The notes: generated by a model from the letters alone, not told the origin. A stretch of DNA of 64,000 bases from Patescibacteria group bacterium (GCA_034520665.1 JAXHNJ010000001.1:130579-194578); one strand, 5' to 3'; shown: positions 20,228 through 30,937, counted from the stretch's first letter. A program made the numbers and translations.

Positions 20228-21613
20228 ATGGCTCAAGGGTTAAAAAATAAAAAAATATTAATACTTGGAGGCACAGGTTTGGTTGGTAAAAATACGGTTA
20301 CCGTTCTTTTAGATCAAAAAGTTAAAAATATTGGAGTGGTTGGCTTAAAAAATGATAAGAATTGGAAATTTATTGAAAAAATTGAAAGAGATAAAAAGGT
20401 AAAGATAAAGAAATATAAAAATAATCTATTGTGGCCGTCATGGTTTAGTCAATCTTCTTTTAAAAAAAATACTAAGCAAAGTAATGTCCAATTAAAAAAT
20501 TTTCTTGCTTCCGATATAAAAAAGGATGAGGTTAAAAAAGAACCTCTCTATAAAATTATCCTTGATTTTTGTCCTGACTATATTATTGACAGTATAAATA
20601 CTCCTACCCAATGTTCTTATGCCAAGTTTTCATCAAGTATTATAGAGGGTATAGGAATGGGTTCTCTTCTTCTGCTTCGATACTATAAGATTTTATATCA
20701 TCTACTAAGCTATGATTTTTGGAAAAAGGAAAGAAAAAAAATTAATATTTCACAATACATAAAAATTGGTACGACCGGCATCGGTGGTATGGGTTTAGAT
20801 ATTCCCTTTACACACGGCGAAGAAAAGCCGTCACTTTCTCTCTTAAAAAAAGTGGCCCTGGCCGGTTCACAGACAAATATTTTATTTGCCATGCGTAATA
20901 GTCACAGAATTGCCAATATACAAGAGATTATTCCGACAACCTCTGTTTTTCAACTTACCGACTTTAATACCAGTCATAAGGAAATTGACGGCGGTGAAAG
21001 TCAGGGATACGCACTTGAAGAATTTCGTTTATTAACAAATCAGAGTCAAATGGGTGTTATTGACGCCCATGAGCTGGCGGAAATTATCATAAAAGCGCTG
21101 CAAAAAGGAAAAAGTCCTTATAACACTCTTGAGGCTCTGGCCCAGTCAGGAGTTGCCTGTTCAGATAAATCATTAAAAATGCGTTCTCGCATCCTTGATT
21201 CTTGGTGGCAAAAACAAAATAAAAGCGCCAAAGTAAGCGTGGCGCACGGAAATCTCGGTCCAAAACGAACTCGCAAACTTTTATTTGAACTTTTTATTTT
21301 ACTTGATTATTACCGTGTGAACAGAAAAGATTTTTGGCGTCTTTCACCACGGAAAATTCAAAAGCAAATTAAAGACAAAATTTCAAAAAACTCTTCATTA
21401 AAAGAAGAAATAAGGTTAGCCGATATGCGAGTATTGACTTCACCTCCCAAAAAACCCTCTGATAAATATATTGATCTCTCTACTAAAAACATAACAAAAT
21501 GGCGGAAAGCACTGCAGTCATTGGGGTTGGAGAAGAAAGATATTCCTGCCCAGGCCGGAGATATACTCTCACAATTAATTAAAAAATATCATGAGCTTAA
21601 GCATATACCATAA
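20228..21613 (+). CDS. Atypical NAD(P)-binding Rossmann / SDR-like protein
   Basis: ILILGGTGLVG; KIGTTGIGGMGLDIPFTHGEEKPS motif. Confidence 0.7.
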   Translation: MAQGLKNKKILILGGTGLVGKNTVTVLLDQKVKNIGVVGLKNDKNWKFIEKIERDKKVKIKKYKNNLLWPSWFSQSSFKKNTKQSNVQLKNFLASDIKKDEVKKEPLYKIILDFCPDYIIDSINTPTQCSYAKFSSSIIEGIGMGSLLLLRYYKILYHLLSYDFWKKERKKINISQYIKIGTTGIGGMGLDIPFTHGEEKPSLSLLKKVALAGSQTNILFAMRNSHRIANIQEIIPTTSVFQLTDFNTSHKEIDGGESQGYALEEFRLLTNQSQMGVIDAHELAEIIIKALQKGKSPYNTLEALAQSGVACSDKSLKMRSRILDSWWQKQNKSAKVSVAHGNLGPKRTRKLLFELFILLDYYRVNRKDFWRLSPRKIQKQIKDKISKNSSLKEEIRLADMRVLTSPPKKPSDKYIDLSTKNITKWRKALQSLGLEKKDIPAQAGDILSQLIKKYHELKHIP

Positions 21614-21668
21614 AAGTAATTTTATACTATGGGATTAATTTATTAGCTTATTTTTTATTTTTATATTT

Positions 21669-23225
21669 ATGATTAAAAAAAGTGACATATTCAAATTAAT
21701 TTATAGAAACTCATATAAGGATTTTATCAACTTTTATAATTTGTCTTCAGATAAGTTTTTTAATTTTTTAGTTACTGAATCTCCAGAAAAAATTGAAGAT
21801 TTAGGGCAAAAAATGGCCTTGAAGTTATTTCGCAAAGCCTCAAAGGAAGTGCCATCTTACAATAAGTTTTTAAAAGATAAGGCCTTTAATACTAAAAACA
21901 TTATAACAAAAAAAGAATTTAGCTCTTTACCTATTACTACCAAAAAAAATTATCTCAAGAAGTATGATTTAAATGATTTTTGTTGGAGTGGCAGTTTCCA
22001 GCAGATGAATTTAATTTCAGTAAGTTCCGGATCTACAGGCGAACCATTTTTTTGGCCGAGAGGTTTAGGTCTGGAATATGAAACGACGCTCGAATACGAA
22101 ATTATTCTTAAAAACTTTTTTAAGGCAGATAAAAATAAGACTCTATTTATTGTCGGCTACGCTATGGGAATGTATGTTGCCGGTGTATTTACACTCAATA
22201 GCTTGATGAATTTAATAAAAAAAGGATATCCGCTAACGGCTGTAACTCCTGGTTCTGATAGAGATTCGATACTACGAATTATTAAAAATATTGGTAAATA
22301 TTTTGATCAAGTTATAATTTCAGCTTACCCAGCTGTGCTAAAAGATGTGATTGATAAAGGAGTAAAAGAGAATTTAGGATGGGAAAAATATAATATTAAA
22401 TTTATCTCTGGTGGAGAGGGTTTCAGCGAAGAATTCAGAAAATATATTTATAAAAGAATTGGGGTAAAAAACTATTATAAAAGTTCGATTAACACTTACG
22501 GTTCAGCTGACGCTGCGATTCTTGGCCATGAAACGCCTTTATCAATTTACATTAGAAAACTCGTCTCGGAAAATAAAGAACTACGTAAAGCTTTGTTTAA
22601 AGACGAAAGACTACCCTCATTACTTCAATATTACCCTCCATTTAAATATTTTGAGGAAATTGATGGAAATTTAATTTTCACTACATACGGCGGTATTCCA
22701 TTAGTCAGATATTCTATTGGGGATACTGGAGGTGTTATTTCTTTTAATAAAATGACTGAAACACTGAAAAACTTTAATATTAATATTATAAAAGAAATGA
22801 CAAAAAATAAATGTGGAGATGTTATTACTCGACTACCTTTTGTTTACTTATTTGGCAGAGCAGATAATACAAAAATATTTTACGGGGCAAATATTTATCC
22901 GGAACATATCAAAAAATGTCTTGAACAGAAAGATATCATGCATATAGTTACTGGAAAATACTTTATTGACATCCTACTTGACAGAAATCATAATCAGACT
23001 TTTTATGTGGCTGTTGAATTAGCTCACGGTATAAAAATAAACAAGAAATTAAAAAATAAAATAGCTAATACTATACATCATAATTTGCTTAAAATTAATC
23101 GTGAATATGAATATCTTCTGCGTACAGTCGGTCATCGTATTTTTCCCTCGGTAGAATTATTTACCTATGGTGACCCAAAATATTTTTCATCAAAAATAAA
23201 GCCAGAATATGTCAAAAAAGAATAA
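21669..23225 (+). CDS. PaaK-like (phenylacetate-CoA ligase family, ANL) adenylate-forming enzyme, copy 1
   Basis: SSGSTGEP, YGSAD, RYSIGD, GRAD, NIYP. Confidence 0.88.
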   Translation: MIKKSDIFKLIYRNSYKDFINFYNLSSDKFFNFLVTESPEKIEDLGQKMALKLFRKASKEVPSYNKFLKDKAFNTKNIITKKEFSSLPITTKKNYLKKYDLNDFCWSGSFQQMNLISVSSGSTGEPFFWPRGLGLEYETTLEYEIILKNFFKADKNKTLFIVGYAMGMYVAGVFTLNSLMNLIKKGYPLTAVTPGSDRDSILRIIKNIGKYFDQVIISAYPAVLKDVIDKGVKENLGWEKYNIKFISGGEGFSEEFRKYIYKRIGVKNYYKSSINTYGSADAAILGHETPLSIYIRKLVSENKELRKALFKDERLPSLLQYYPPFKYFEEIDGNLIFTTYGGIPLVRYSIGDTGGVISFNKMTETLKNFNINIIKEMTKNKCGDVITRLPFVYLFGRADNTKIFYGANIYPEHIKKCLEQKDIMHIVTGKYFIDILLDRNHNQTFYVAVELAHGIKINKKLKNKIANTIHHNLLKINREYEYLLRTVGHRIFPSVELFTYGDPKYFSSKIKPEYVKKE

Positions 23226-24372
23226 TTTCTACAAACCACTATTACTTAACCCAAGAAGTAAAAATAACTTAGGAAAAATAAATAAGTTTTTAAAGACAGC
23301 AAATTTTATAGTGGATGAAATTGATAATCAAATATCTGAACTTTTTTATATCCGTCATCCAAAATCAATATTTAGAAAAGTAAAAAAGTCTGAACTGTCA
23401 AATTTTAGAAAATCATTTTATGAACAACAAGATAAAAAATTATTTGGTACTTGGGTATATTACCCCTGGAATAATCATCTTGTCCATTTTTTACCGGAGA
23501 GTTTACATACAGAAATTAGAACCTCCCGTAATAGGAATCTAATAACCAAAAAGGAACAAGAAAAATTTTATAATGCATCAATAGCAATAGCTGGTTTGAG
23601 CGTAGGTAATAGTTCGGTCGCTAATCTTCTGTATTCAGGAGGGCCGAAGAATATGCACTTAGCGGATTACGACCATTTAGCGGCTTCAAACATAAATAGA
23701 ATTAGAACTACTTTTATTAATGTGGGAAAGAAAAAAACTGATCTGAGTGCACAAGAAGTTTACGAGGTTAACCCATATAGTAATTTAAAATTATTCAGAA
23801 ATGGCCTCAATATAAAAAATCTAGATAATTTTCTATTAAAACCAAGATCAGTTGATGTTTTAATAGAAGAAATGGATAATTTATACTTAAAAGTACAAAT
23901 AAGACTTTTAGCTCGCAAACATCGCATCCCAGTTATTATGGCAGCAGATAATGGAGATAATATTATTGTAGACATAGAAAGGTTTGATTTAGAACCGAAT
24001 CGACCGCTTTTACACGGTGATGTACCAGAGAAAGAATTACTAGCAATTACGCCGGAAACGCCAAAAATTGAAGCGGCAAGAATTATTTCTCGTTGGGTGC
24101 ATCCCGAAAATGTGGTACCAAGAATGCAAGGTTCTCTTTTGGAAATTGGAAAGTCTCTTTATACCTGGCCACAACTCGGGAACGCCGCTTTTTTAGCTGG
24201 ATGTGCAATGTCCTATTTAGCCAGAAAAATAATTTTGGAAGAATCTCTTAAGTCAGGCAAATTCAACCTTTCTCTAGACCACGTTCTAAATCCAGAATAT
24301 CAATCAAAAGATTTTCTTTTAAAGAAAAAAAAATCAACAAATGAATTTAAAAAGGTGTTAAATATACCATAA
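23209..24372 (+). CDS. ThiF/E1-like adenylyltransferase (Rv1355c-like), copy 1
   Basis: WVYYPW, TSRNRNLIT, GLSVG, DYD.LAASNINR, TWPQLG. Confidence 0.87.
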   Translation: MSKKNNFYKPLLLNPRSKNNLGKINKFLKTANFIVDEIDNQISELFYIRHPKSIFRKVKKSELSNFRKSFYEQQDKKLFGTWVYYPWNNHLVHFLPESLHTEIRTSRNRNLITKKEQEKFYNASIAIAGLSVGNSSVANLLYSGGPKNMHLADYDHLAASNINRIRTTFINVGKKKTDLSAQEVYEVNPYSNLKLFRNGLNIKNLDNFLLKPRSVDVLIEEMDNLYLKVQIRLLARKHRIPVIMAADNGDNIIVDIERFDLEPNRPLLHGDVPEKELLAITPETPKIEAARIISRWVHPENVVPRMQGSLLEIGKSLYTWPQLGNAAFLAGCAMSYLARKIILEESLKSGKFNLSLDHVLNPEYQSKDFLLKKKKSTNEFKKVLNIP

Positions 24373-24449
24373 TGGACCTATATCTTCTTATTATTATAAG
24401 TCTCTTTAATTTCTGGTTAGGAATAGCGGAAAATTCAAAAGCAAATTAA
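24372..24449 (+). pseudogene. Truncated 5' end of a probable membrane sensor gene
   Basis: ATG overlaps the ThiF stop (TAATG). MDLYLLIIISLFNFWLGI is then cut at 24427 by the duplicated segment. Confidence 0.5.
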
Positions 24450-24675
24450 AGACAAAATTTCAAAAAACCCTTCATTAAAAGAAGAAATAAGGTTAGCCGA
24501 TATGCGAGTATTGACTTCACCTCCCAAAAAACCCTCTGATAAATATATTGATCTCTCTACTAAAAACATAGCAAAATGGCGGAAAGCACTGCAGTCATTG
24601 GGGTTGGAGAAGAAAGATATTCCTGCCCAGGCCGGAGATATACTCTCACAATTAATTAAAAAATATCATGAGCTT
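24427..24675 (+). repeat. 249-bp near-identical direct repeat of 21350-21598 (3' end of the SDR-like gene)
   Basis: Only two mismatches seen by eye; explains ORF 24502-24690. Confidence 0.95.
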
Positions 24676-24727
24676 CGAACCATTCCTTAAAATTTATTAA
24701 TTTTAATAAGCAATTAATCGAATAATT

Positions 24728-25531
24728 ATGGAATACAAAATCAAAAAAGACTGGTGGAAAAGCCAAGGTGGTTATTTTAATAATATCTACCTTGAGGGAG
24801 ATAATTCATCGGAAGGATTTTTAAATTCACCTCTTGATTTAGACAATAGAACAAAAAAAGAAAGCGAGGGAGTGCAAAGACTCTGCTGTTTAAATAAAGG
24901 CGACAAGATTTTAGATTGCCCTTCAGGATATGGAAGACATTCATTAACTCTTGCGGCTATGGGCTTTGATGTGGTGGGAGCGGATATTAATGAGCAATTT
25001 TTAGCAGTTGCTAATAAAGGTTTACAGAAAGCAAAATTACCCAATATACGCTTTATAAAGAAAGATATGCGGGAATTGGATTTTAAAAATGAATTTAACG
25101 CGGTTATTAATATGTTTTATTCTTTTGGTTTTTTTGAAGATGAAACCGATAACGTAAAAGCACTCAAAAATTTTTATGCCGTATTGAAACCGGGTGGTAA
25201 ATTTTTAATGCATACGCATGTTACTGTACCGAAATTCATGAAGGGATTAATAAAAACTCATGAAATCAGAACCTTAAAAACAGAAAAAAAACTTGAATTA
25301 TTTAGACAGTATAATAAAGCAATTAAGCGTGAAGAAGGTCAATGGTTTTTATTGGATGGAAAAATAAAAAAGGAAGCCAGCGCTCCATACTCCATGAGAA
25401 TTTATACTGACAAAGAATTTCAGACCTTATGTAAAAATGTTGGCTTTACGAAAGTTAAAATATATGGTGACTGGGATGGTACTGAATATAAAGATAAGTC
25501 TGAACTAATGATTGTAGTTGCGACAAAATAA
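24728..25531 (+). CDS. Class I SAM-dependent methyltransferase
   Basis: ILDCPSGYGRH, VVGADIN, DMR, LKPGGKF. Confidence 0.92.
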   Translation: MEYKIKKDWWKSQGGYFNNIYLEGDNSSEGFLNSPLDLDNRTKKESEGVQRLCCLNKGDKILDCPSGYGRHSLTLAAMGFDVVGADINEQFLAVANKGLQKAKLPNIRFIKKDMRELDFKNEFNAVINMFYSFGFFEDETDNVKALKNFYAVLKPGGKFLMHTHVTVPKFMKGLIKTHEIRTLKTEKKLELFRQYNKAIKREEGQWFLLDGKIKKEASAPYSMRIYTDKEFQTLCKNVGFTKVKIYGDWDGTEYKDKSELMIVVATK

Positions 25532-27086
25532 TATGATTTTAGATAAAAATAAAATTTATAAAAATTTGTTTTCTCTAAAAGACTGGGGTACTTATTACGG
25601 AAGCGACATAAATCGTATTTCTAAAAGCCTTGTCCAGGCTAATCCCGAAATCTTTGAGGAAGAAAGTAAAAATCGCGCTTTAACATTTTTTCGTCGGGTA
25701 AGCTCTCAGGTTCCAGCCTATAAAGATTTTTTGAAAAAGAATAATATTGATCCTGAAAAAATAAAAACCGCCAGTGATTTAAAGCAAGTTCCATGGATCG
25801 ATAAAGAGAATTATTTAAAGCAATATCCGATGGAATCTCTTTGTTGGCATGGGAAAATGACCGCCCCTATTATTTCGGCTAGTTCTGGTTCTACAGGTAA
25901 TCCATTTTTCTGGCCACGGTCTCCTGAAATAGAAAGAGAAACCACTTTTATCTATGAGCTTTTTTTAAAGGAGATATTTGAGATTAACAAATATAAAACA
26001 CTTCTAATAAATGGTTTTTCACTTGGTATTTACATTGGTGGAACATTCACTCTTAACTGTTCGATGAGGATCTCGCAGAAGGCATATCCATTGACAATAA
26101 TTACTCCGGGAATCAATAAAAATGAGATATTAAATTCTATTAAGAAACTACATCGGTATTTTGATCAGATAATAATAAGTGGCTACCCTCCTTTTATTAG
26201 AGATATTATTGATGATGGTCAAAAAATGGGTATCAACTGGAAAAAAATTAGATTAAAATTTTTTTTCGCCTCGGAATCTTTAAGTGAAGAATTTAGATCT
26301 TATATTTATAACAAAGTGGGTATTAGCGATAAGAGTTACTACTATTCATCAATGAATCTTTATGGTACTGCTGACGCAGCTATTATGGGTCATGAAACTC
26401 CCTTAAGTACATTTGTGAGAAGACTTTTTAGCAATAACAAAGATAAATGTAAAGAATATTTTGGAACAGATTATGTGCCGTCTCTTAATCAATATTATCC
26501 AATGTTTAAATATATAGAAATTGATAATAATGAAATTATTCTTACATCTTTTAACACAGAGATTCCTTTAGTACGTTACAATATTCATGATCGAGGAAAA
26601 GTGTTAACTTATCATAAGATAATTAAGCTCATAGAGTCATTTGGTTACACAGAAAAAAAGGCAGAAAAAATTACCGGAAGATGTTTTTGGCACTTACCTT
26701 ATGTCTACTTATTTGGCAGAAGTGATTTTACAGTAACTGTTTATGGTCTTAATATTTATCCAGAAAATATTAAATTAGCTCTAGAATCAAAAGAATTAAT
26801 TAGTTTAACCACGGGGAAATTTGTGTTAGAAACAGCAAATAGAGCCAGTGATCAGAGTCAATACTTATTAATTCACATAGAAATTTTGAAAGATATTCCA
26901 ATTAATAAAGAATTAGAGAAAAAGTTCCGAGAAATAATTGTTAAATCTTTAAGAAAAGTCAATTTGGAATACAATCATTTATATCAGGCAATTAAGGAAC
27001 GAGCTATTCCTAAAATTGACTTGAGAAAACAAGGAGACAAAACTTATTTCGCGCCGGCAATTAAACAAAAATGGGTAAAAAATTAA
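25518..27086 (+). CDS. PaaK-like adenylate-forming enzyme, copy 2
   Basis: SSGSTGNP, YGTAD, RYNIHD, GRSD; diverged paralog of copy 1. True start may be the ATG at ~25533. Confidence 0.88.
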   Translation: MRQNNMILDKNKIYKNLFSLKDWGTYYGSDINRISKSLVQANPEIFEEESKNRALTFFRRVSSQVPAYKDFLKKNNIDPEKIKTASDLKQVPWIDKENYLKQYPMESLCWHGKMTAPIISASSGSTGNPFFWPRSPEIERETTFIYELFLKEIFEINKYKTLLINGFSLGIYIGGTFTLNCSMRISQKAYPLTIITPGINKNEILNSIKKLHRYFDQIIISGYPPFIRDIIDDGQKMGINWKKIRLKFFFASESLSEEFRSYIYNKVGISDKSYYYSSMNLYGTADAAIMGHETPLSTFVRRLFSNNKDKCKEYFGTDYVPSLNQYYPMFKYIEIDNNEIILTSFNTEIPLVRYNIHDRGKVLTYHKIIKLIESFGYTEKKAEKITGRCFWHLPYVYLFGRSDFTVTVYGLNIYPENIKLALESKELISLTTGKFVLETANRASDQSQYLLIHIEILKDIPINKELEKKFREIIVKSLRKVNLEYNHLYQAIKERAIPKIDLRKQGDKTYFAPAIKQKWVKN

Positions 27087-28153
27087 TCAACAATAAAATA
27101 CAAGATAAATTCAAGGTTTTTAGTTATCAAAAATCTCGTAATATAATTGAAAAAATCAGCAAAATAAAGGGTGTTAAAATAATTGATGAGTTTGATGAGC
27201 AGATAATTGAATTGTATAAATTTTTTAATCCGGGGGTATCTTTTAATCAAGCTCAGTATAATTTATTCAAGAAAAAATATTTTTCTAAAAGATCGTCAAA
27301 AGAGAAGGGAAGATGGATCTGGTATCCATGGAACAAAAGTCTGGTTCACCTTTTGTCGCCGAAGGATTTTCAGAGAATTCGTACTTCAAGAAATAGATAT
27401 CTCATTACTGATCAGGAGCAAGAAGAATATCGAAAAGCATGTGTGGCTATTGCCGGGGTTTCTGTAGGGTCAAACATTGCGATAACACTGCGTTTACAAG
27501 GAGGCGCCCAACATCTCAAACTTTCAGATTTTGATATATTAGAACTTTCAAATACAAATCGGATAACGTTAGGAGTGCCTTATCTTGGAGAGGAGAAAAT
27601 TGATATTGTTAAACAAAAAATATTAGAAATTGATCCATACACAAAGCTATCTTTATTTCCAAAGGGTTTAAATTCAAATAATATAAGACAATTTTGTCAG
27701 GGATCAGACATTGTTTTTGATGAGGTGGACAATTTACAAATTAAAGTACTTTTACGAAAATATGCCCGTAAATTTAAAAAACCGCTAATTATGCTTACTG
27801 ATAATGATGACGGAGTGTTGGTTGATTATTACCCATATCATAAGAAAATAGATGTCCCATTATTTCACGGTTTACCTGATAATAAAGTACTCAATTTGAT
27901 TAATGCTAAAAAACCTCCAACAAAATCAGAAATGGTTAAGCTAAGTTCTCAAGTAGTTGGTAAGCAAAATATTTCTCCGAGAATGATGAAATCTCTTAAA
28001 GCGGTAGGCAAGACACTTGTATCATGGCCTCAATTAGGTACTGCGGCTATTTTTTCCGGTGTTATTGGTGCTTATATGACCCGGATGATTATTAATGGGT
28101 ATGATTTTCGCTTTCGCCGGCGATTGATTCGTTTAAATGATCAACTTATATGA
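27071..28153 (+). CDS. ThiF/E1-like adenylyltransferase, copy 2
   Basis: WIWYPW, TSRNRYLIT, GVSVG, DFD.LELSNTNR, SWPQLG. Confidence 0.87.
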   Translation: MGKKLINNKIQDKFKVFSYQKSRNIIEKISKIKGVKIIDEFDEQIIELYKFFNPGVSFNQAQYNLFKKKYFSKRSSKEKGRWIWYPWNKSLVHLLSPKDFQRIRTSRNRYLITDQEQEEYRKACVAIAGVSVGSNIAITLRLQGGAQHLKLSDFDILELSNTNRITLGVPYLGEEKIDIVKQKILEIDPYTKLSLFPKGLNSNNIRQFCQGSDIVFDEVDNLQIKVLLRKYARKFKKPLIMLTDNDDGVLVDYYPYHKKIDVPLFHGLPDNKVLNLINAKKPPTKSEMVKLSSQVVGKQNISPRMMKSLKAVGKTLVSWPQLGTAAIFSGVIGAYMTRMIINGYDFRFRRRLIRLNDQLI

Positions 28154-30420
28154 ATATATTATTCACTATTTTCACAGCAACATTAGGCATTATTATAGGT
28201 TATCTCGTTATTAAACAAAACCCACGAAACGCCATGCATTTGGCATTTATGGTATTTTGTGTTTCTTTAGCATTTTGGGCAGTTGCCAATTATTTTTCAA
28301 TTTCAACTCAAGAAGTTTCAAACATTCTTTTTTGGATGAGAGCTGTAATGATTTTCGCTGTAATTATTTGTATTTCATTTTTTTTATTTATTCATACATT
28401 TCCTAAGTCGAAGATTAATCTTCAAAAGAAATATCTCTTTCCTTTGTTATTAGCTGGAGTTCTAACTTGTATTGTGTCCTTTTCGCCTCTACTTTTTTCT
28501 GAAGTAACATTTGACGAACAAGGAAATAGATCACCAGTAGTTAAACCCGGTATGTTATTATTTCTTATTGTAGCCGTTGGTTCCTTACTTTCAGCATTTA
28601 TTATTCTAATTAAAAAAGTTAAACGTTCCACTGGTATTACTAAGATGCAGCTGCGATTTATTCTTGCTGGTACTTTTATTATGTTTTTTTGCATCCTTTT
28701 ATTTAATTTGGTTTTACCAGTAATATTTAAGATTTCCACTTTTGTTAATGCGGCTCCATTTTTTATATTACCTTTTATTCTAGCAGTTTTTTATGCTATC
28801 ACCCGCCATCGTCTCATGGACATCCGCCTGGTGGTCAAGCGCACTGCCATCTATGCTTCCACCGTTATTTTCCTCCTTCTCCTCGCCCTCGGTCTTTATT
28901 GGCTGGAAATGACTTATTTTAAGGAAATCATTCCTCCGGGTGTTTGGGGGCCAATTGTCCTTTTGCTCGGCTTAATCCTCTTTGAGCCATTAAAGAATTA
29001 CCTAGAAAGAATTGCCAACAAATACTTCTTTGCCAGTATTTACAACTACCAAGCTACTCTGGAAAAACTGGCCCAGGAACTGACTTATTCTATTGATTTA
29101 GACCAAATTATTGATTCTATTGTTAAAACCATCCGGGATACCATGAAACTGGACCGGACTGGTGTTTTATTATTTGACCAAGAAACCCATAATTACCAGG
29201 TGAAAAGTAATATTGGCTTTTCCGTGGCTAACGGTATTTCTCTAGTCAGAAACAACTTTCTTACCAATTACCTTTTAGAAAAAAGAAAACCAGTTATTTA
29301 CCAGGAACTGGAGTCTTTAAAAAGTAATCAGGGTGAAAAGTCGGAAATTGGTAAATTAAAGGCTAATATGAAAAGAATTGAAGCGGCCTTGTGTCTGCCT
29401 TTGATTATTAAAAATAAATTGATCGGTATCATTGTTTTGGGCGAGAAAATATCTAAGGACGCCTACACTAAAGAAGATCTACAGCTTCTTGATTCTCTAA
29501 CCAACCAAGCCTCTATCGCTTTAGAAAACGCCCGGTTGTACCAGCAGGTGCAGGACTTTACCAAAACTCTTCAGCAGAAAGTGGATGAGCAAACCCGGGA
29601 TATTAAGCAAAAGAATGTTGATCTTAAAAAAATGGCCAAAGAAGTAAAAGAGAAAAATGTCCACTTGGAGAAAGTTCTTAAAATTCAGTCGGAGTTTTTG
29701 GATATTTCTTCGCATCAACTCCGGACCCCGGTCTCGGTCATTAAAGGAGTATCTTCAATGCTGGCTCAGGGTGAGATGGAGAAGTTGCCTCCAGAAAAAA
29801 AGAAAGAATTCTACCAAAGTGTTTATGATAAAAGCGTGAAATTGGAGAAAATTATCAATGATATCTTAAGGGCTTCGGAGTTTGACGCGGTTAAATTTAG
29901 TTTAGACGATAAAACAGCTCTAATTTCACCGGAAGAAGTGATTGAGGAAGCGGTTAAAGAAGCAGAGTTGGAAGCGAAACAGAGAAAAATAAATTTAATC
30001 TGGCAAAAACCGGTTTCTCCCTTGCCGAAAATTTATGCGAAAAAAAAGTATTTAGTGGAAGCGATAGGTAATCTTTTGTCGAACGCCCTGAAATATACCC
30101 CTTCTCTTGTCCAAGTTAAGGAAGCCCGGAGTAAAAGAAGAAAAAAAGGCGTAGTTATGGTTGAGGCGGAAAAAGAGAAAGATAATATTCTGATTAAGGT
30201 TTCTGACAACGGTATTGGTATTCCCAAGAAAGAAATAAGTAAGCTTTTTACTAAGTTTGCTCGGGCCGAAAATGCTACGGATATGTACACAGACGGCAGC
30301 GGGCTGGGGCTTTTTATTGTTAAAGAAATTGTAAGTGGCCACCAGGGCCAGGTCTGGCTCGAAAGCAAGTTGGGCAAAGGCACCACTTTTTACATTAGTT
30401 TGCCGATTGCTAAAAAATAA
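28150..30420 (+). CDS. Sensor histidine kinase (multi-TM N-terminal sensor, GAF, HisKA, HATPase)
   Basis: SHQLRTP, NLLSNALKY, DNGIGI, GSGLGL, GKGTTF; about 9 TMs; ATGA overlap with ThiF-2. Confidence 0.95.
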   Translation: MNILFTIFTATLGIIIGYLVIKQNPRNAMHLAFMVFCVSLAFWAVANYFSISTQEVSNILFWMRAVMIFAVIICISFFLFIHTFPKSKINLQKKYLFPLLLAGVLTCIVSFSPLLFSEVTFDEQGNRSPVVKPGMLLFLIVAVGSLLSAFIILIKKVKRSTGITKMQLRFILAGTFIMFFCILLFNLVLPVIFKISTFVNAAPFFILPFILAVFYAITRHRLMDIRLVVKRTAIYASTVIFLLLLALGLYWLEMTYFKEIIPPGVWGPIVLLLGLILFEPLKNYLERIANKYFFASIYNYQATLEKLAQELTYSIDLDQIIDSIVKTIRDTMKLDRTGVLLFDQETHNYQVKSNIGFSVANGISLVRNNFLTNYLLEKRKPVIYQELESLKSNQGEKSEIGKLKANMKRIEAALCLPLIIKNKLIGIIVLGEKISKDAYTKEDLQLLDSLTNQASIALENARLYQQVQDFTKTLQQKVDEQTRDIKQKNVDLKKMAKEVKEKNVHLEKVLKIQSEFLDISSHQLRTPVSVIKGVSSMLAQGEMEKLPPEKKKEFYQSVYDKSVKLEKIINDILRASEFDAVKFSLDDKTALISPEEVIEEAVKEAELEAKQRKINLIWQKPVSPLPKIYAKKKYLVEAIGNLLSNALKYTPSLVQVKEARSKRRKKGVVMVEAEKEKDNILIKVSDNGIGIPKKEISKLFTKFARAENATDMYTDGSGLGLFIVKEIVSGHQGQVWLESKLGKGTTFYISLPIAKK

Positions 30421-30468
30421 AAATAACCTTAATTTAAAAGATAAGAAATCATAAAGAGAATAAAAAAA

Positions 30469-30852
30469 ATGGGAAAAAAACCTAAAATCTTACTAATTGA
30501 AGATGACCGAGACCAAATCAAGATGTATCAGTTTAAGTTTGAGAAGGAGGGCTTTATTTTTCTGGCTGGCCGAAGTGGAGAAGAGGGGATTAAAATAGCC
30601 AAAGAACAAAATCCGGATCTTATTCTTCTTGATTTGGTTCTAATTAACGAAAACGGAATAAAAGTTTTAGAAAAATTGAAAAAGGATAAAGCCCTGAAAG
30701 ACATCCCGGTTATAATGCTGACCAATCTGGCTAAAAATTCCATGAAAGAAAAAAGCAAAGAATCCGGCGCCACAGATTTTTTAGTTAAAACCCAGATTGA
30801 TCCCTCTGAATTGATAAAAAAAGTTAAACAGATAATTAGTGAAAGTGGCTAA
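30469..30852 (+). CDS. Stand-alone receiver-domain response regulator
   Basis: ILLIEDD, PDLILLD, IPVIMLTN, DFLVK. Confidence 0.93.
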   Translation: MGKKPKILLIEDDRDQIKMYQFKFEKEGFIFLAGRSGEEGIKIAKEQNPDLILLDLVLINENGIKVLEKLKKDKALKDIPVIMLTNLAKNSMKEKSKESGATDFLVKTQIDPSELIKKVKQIISESG

Positions 30853-30937
30853 GTATAAGCCGAATACTTTTTATCCCTGTACCAAAAATCCGGCCTGCTA
30901 AAATATTGGTTCTATAATCTAATTTTAATTAAAAAAA

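Noticed and set aside
24502-24690. 62-aa ORF as a RiPP precursor for the ThiF enzymes
   Set aside because: It is a near-exact copy of the C-terminus of the 461-aa protein, produced by the 249-bp duplication.
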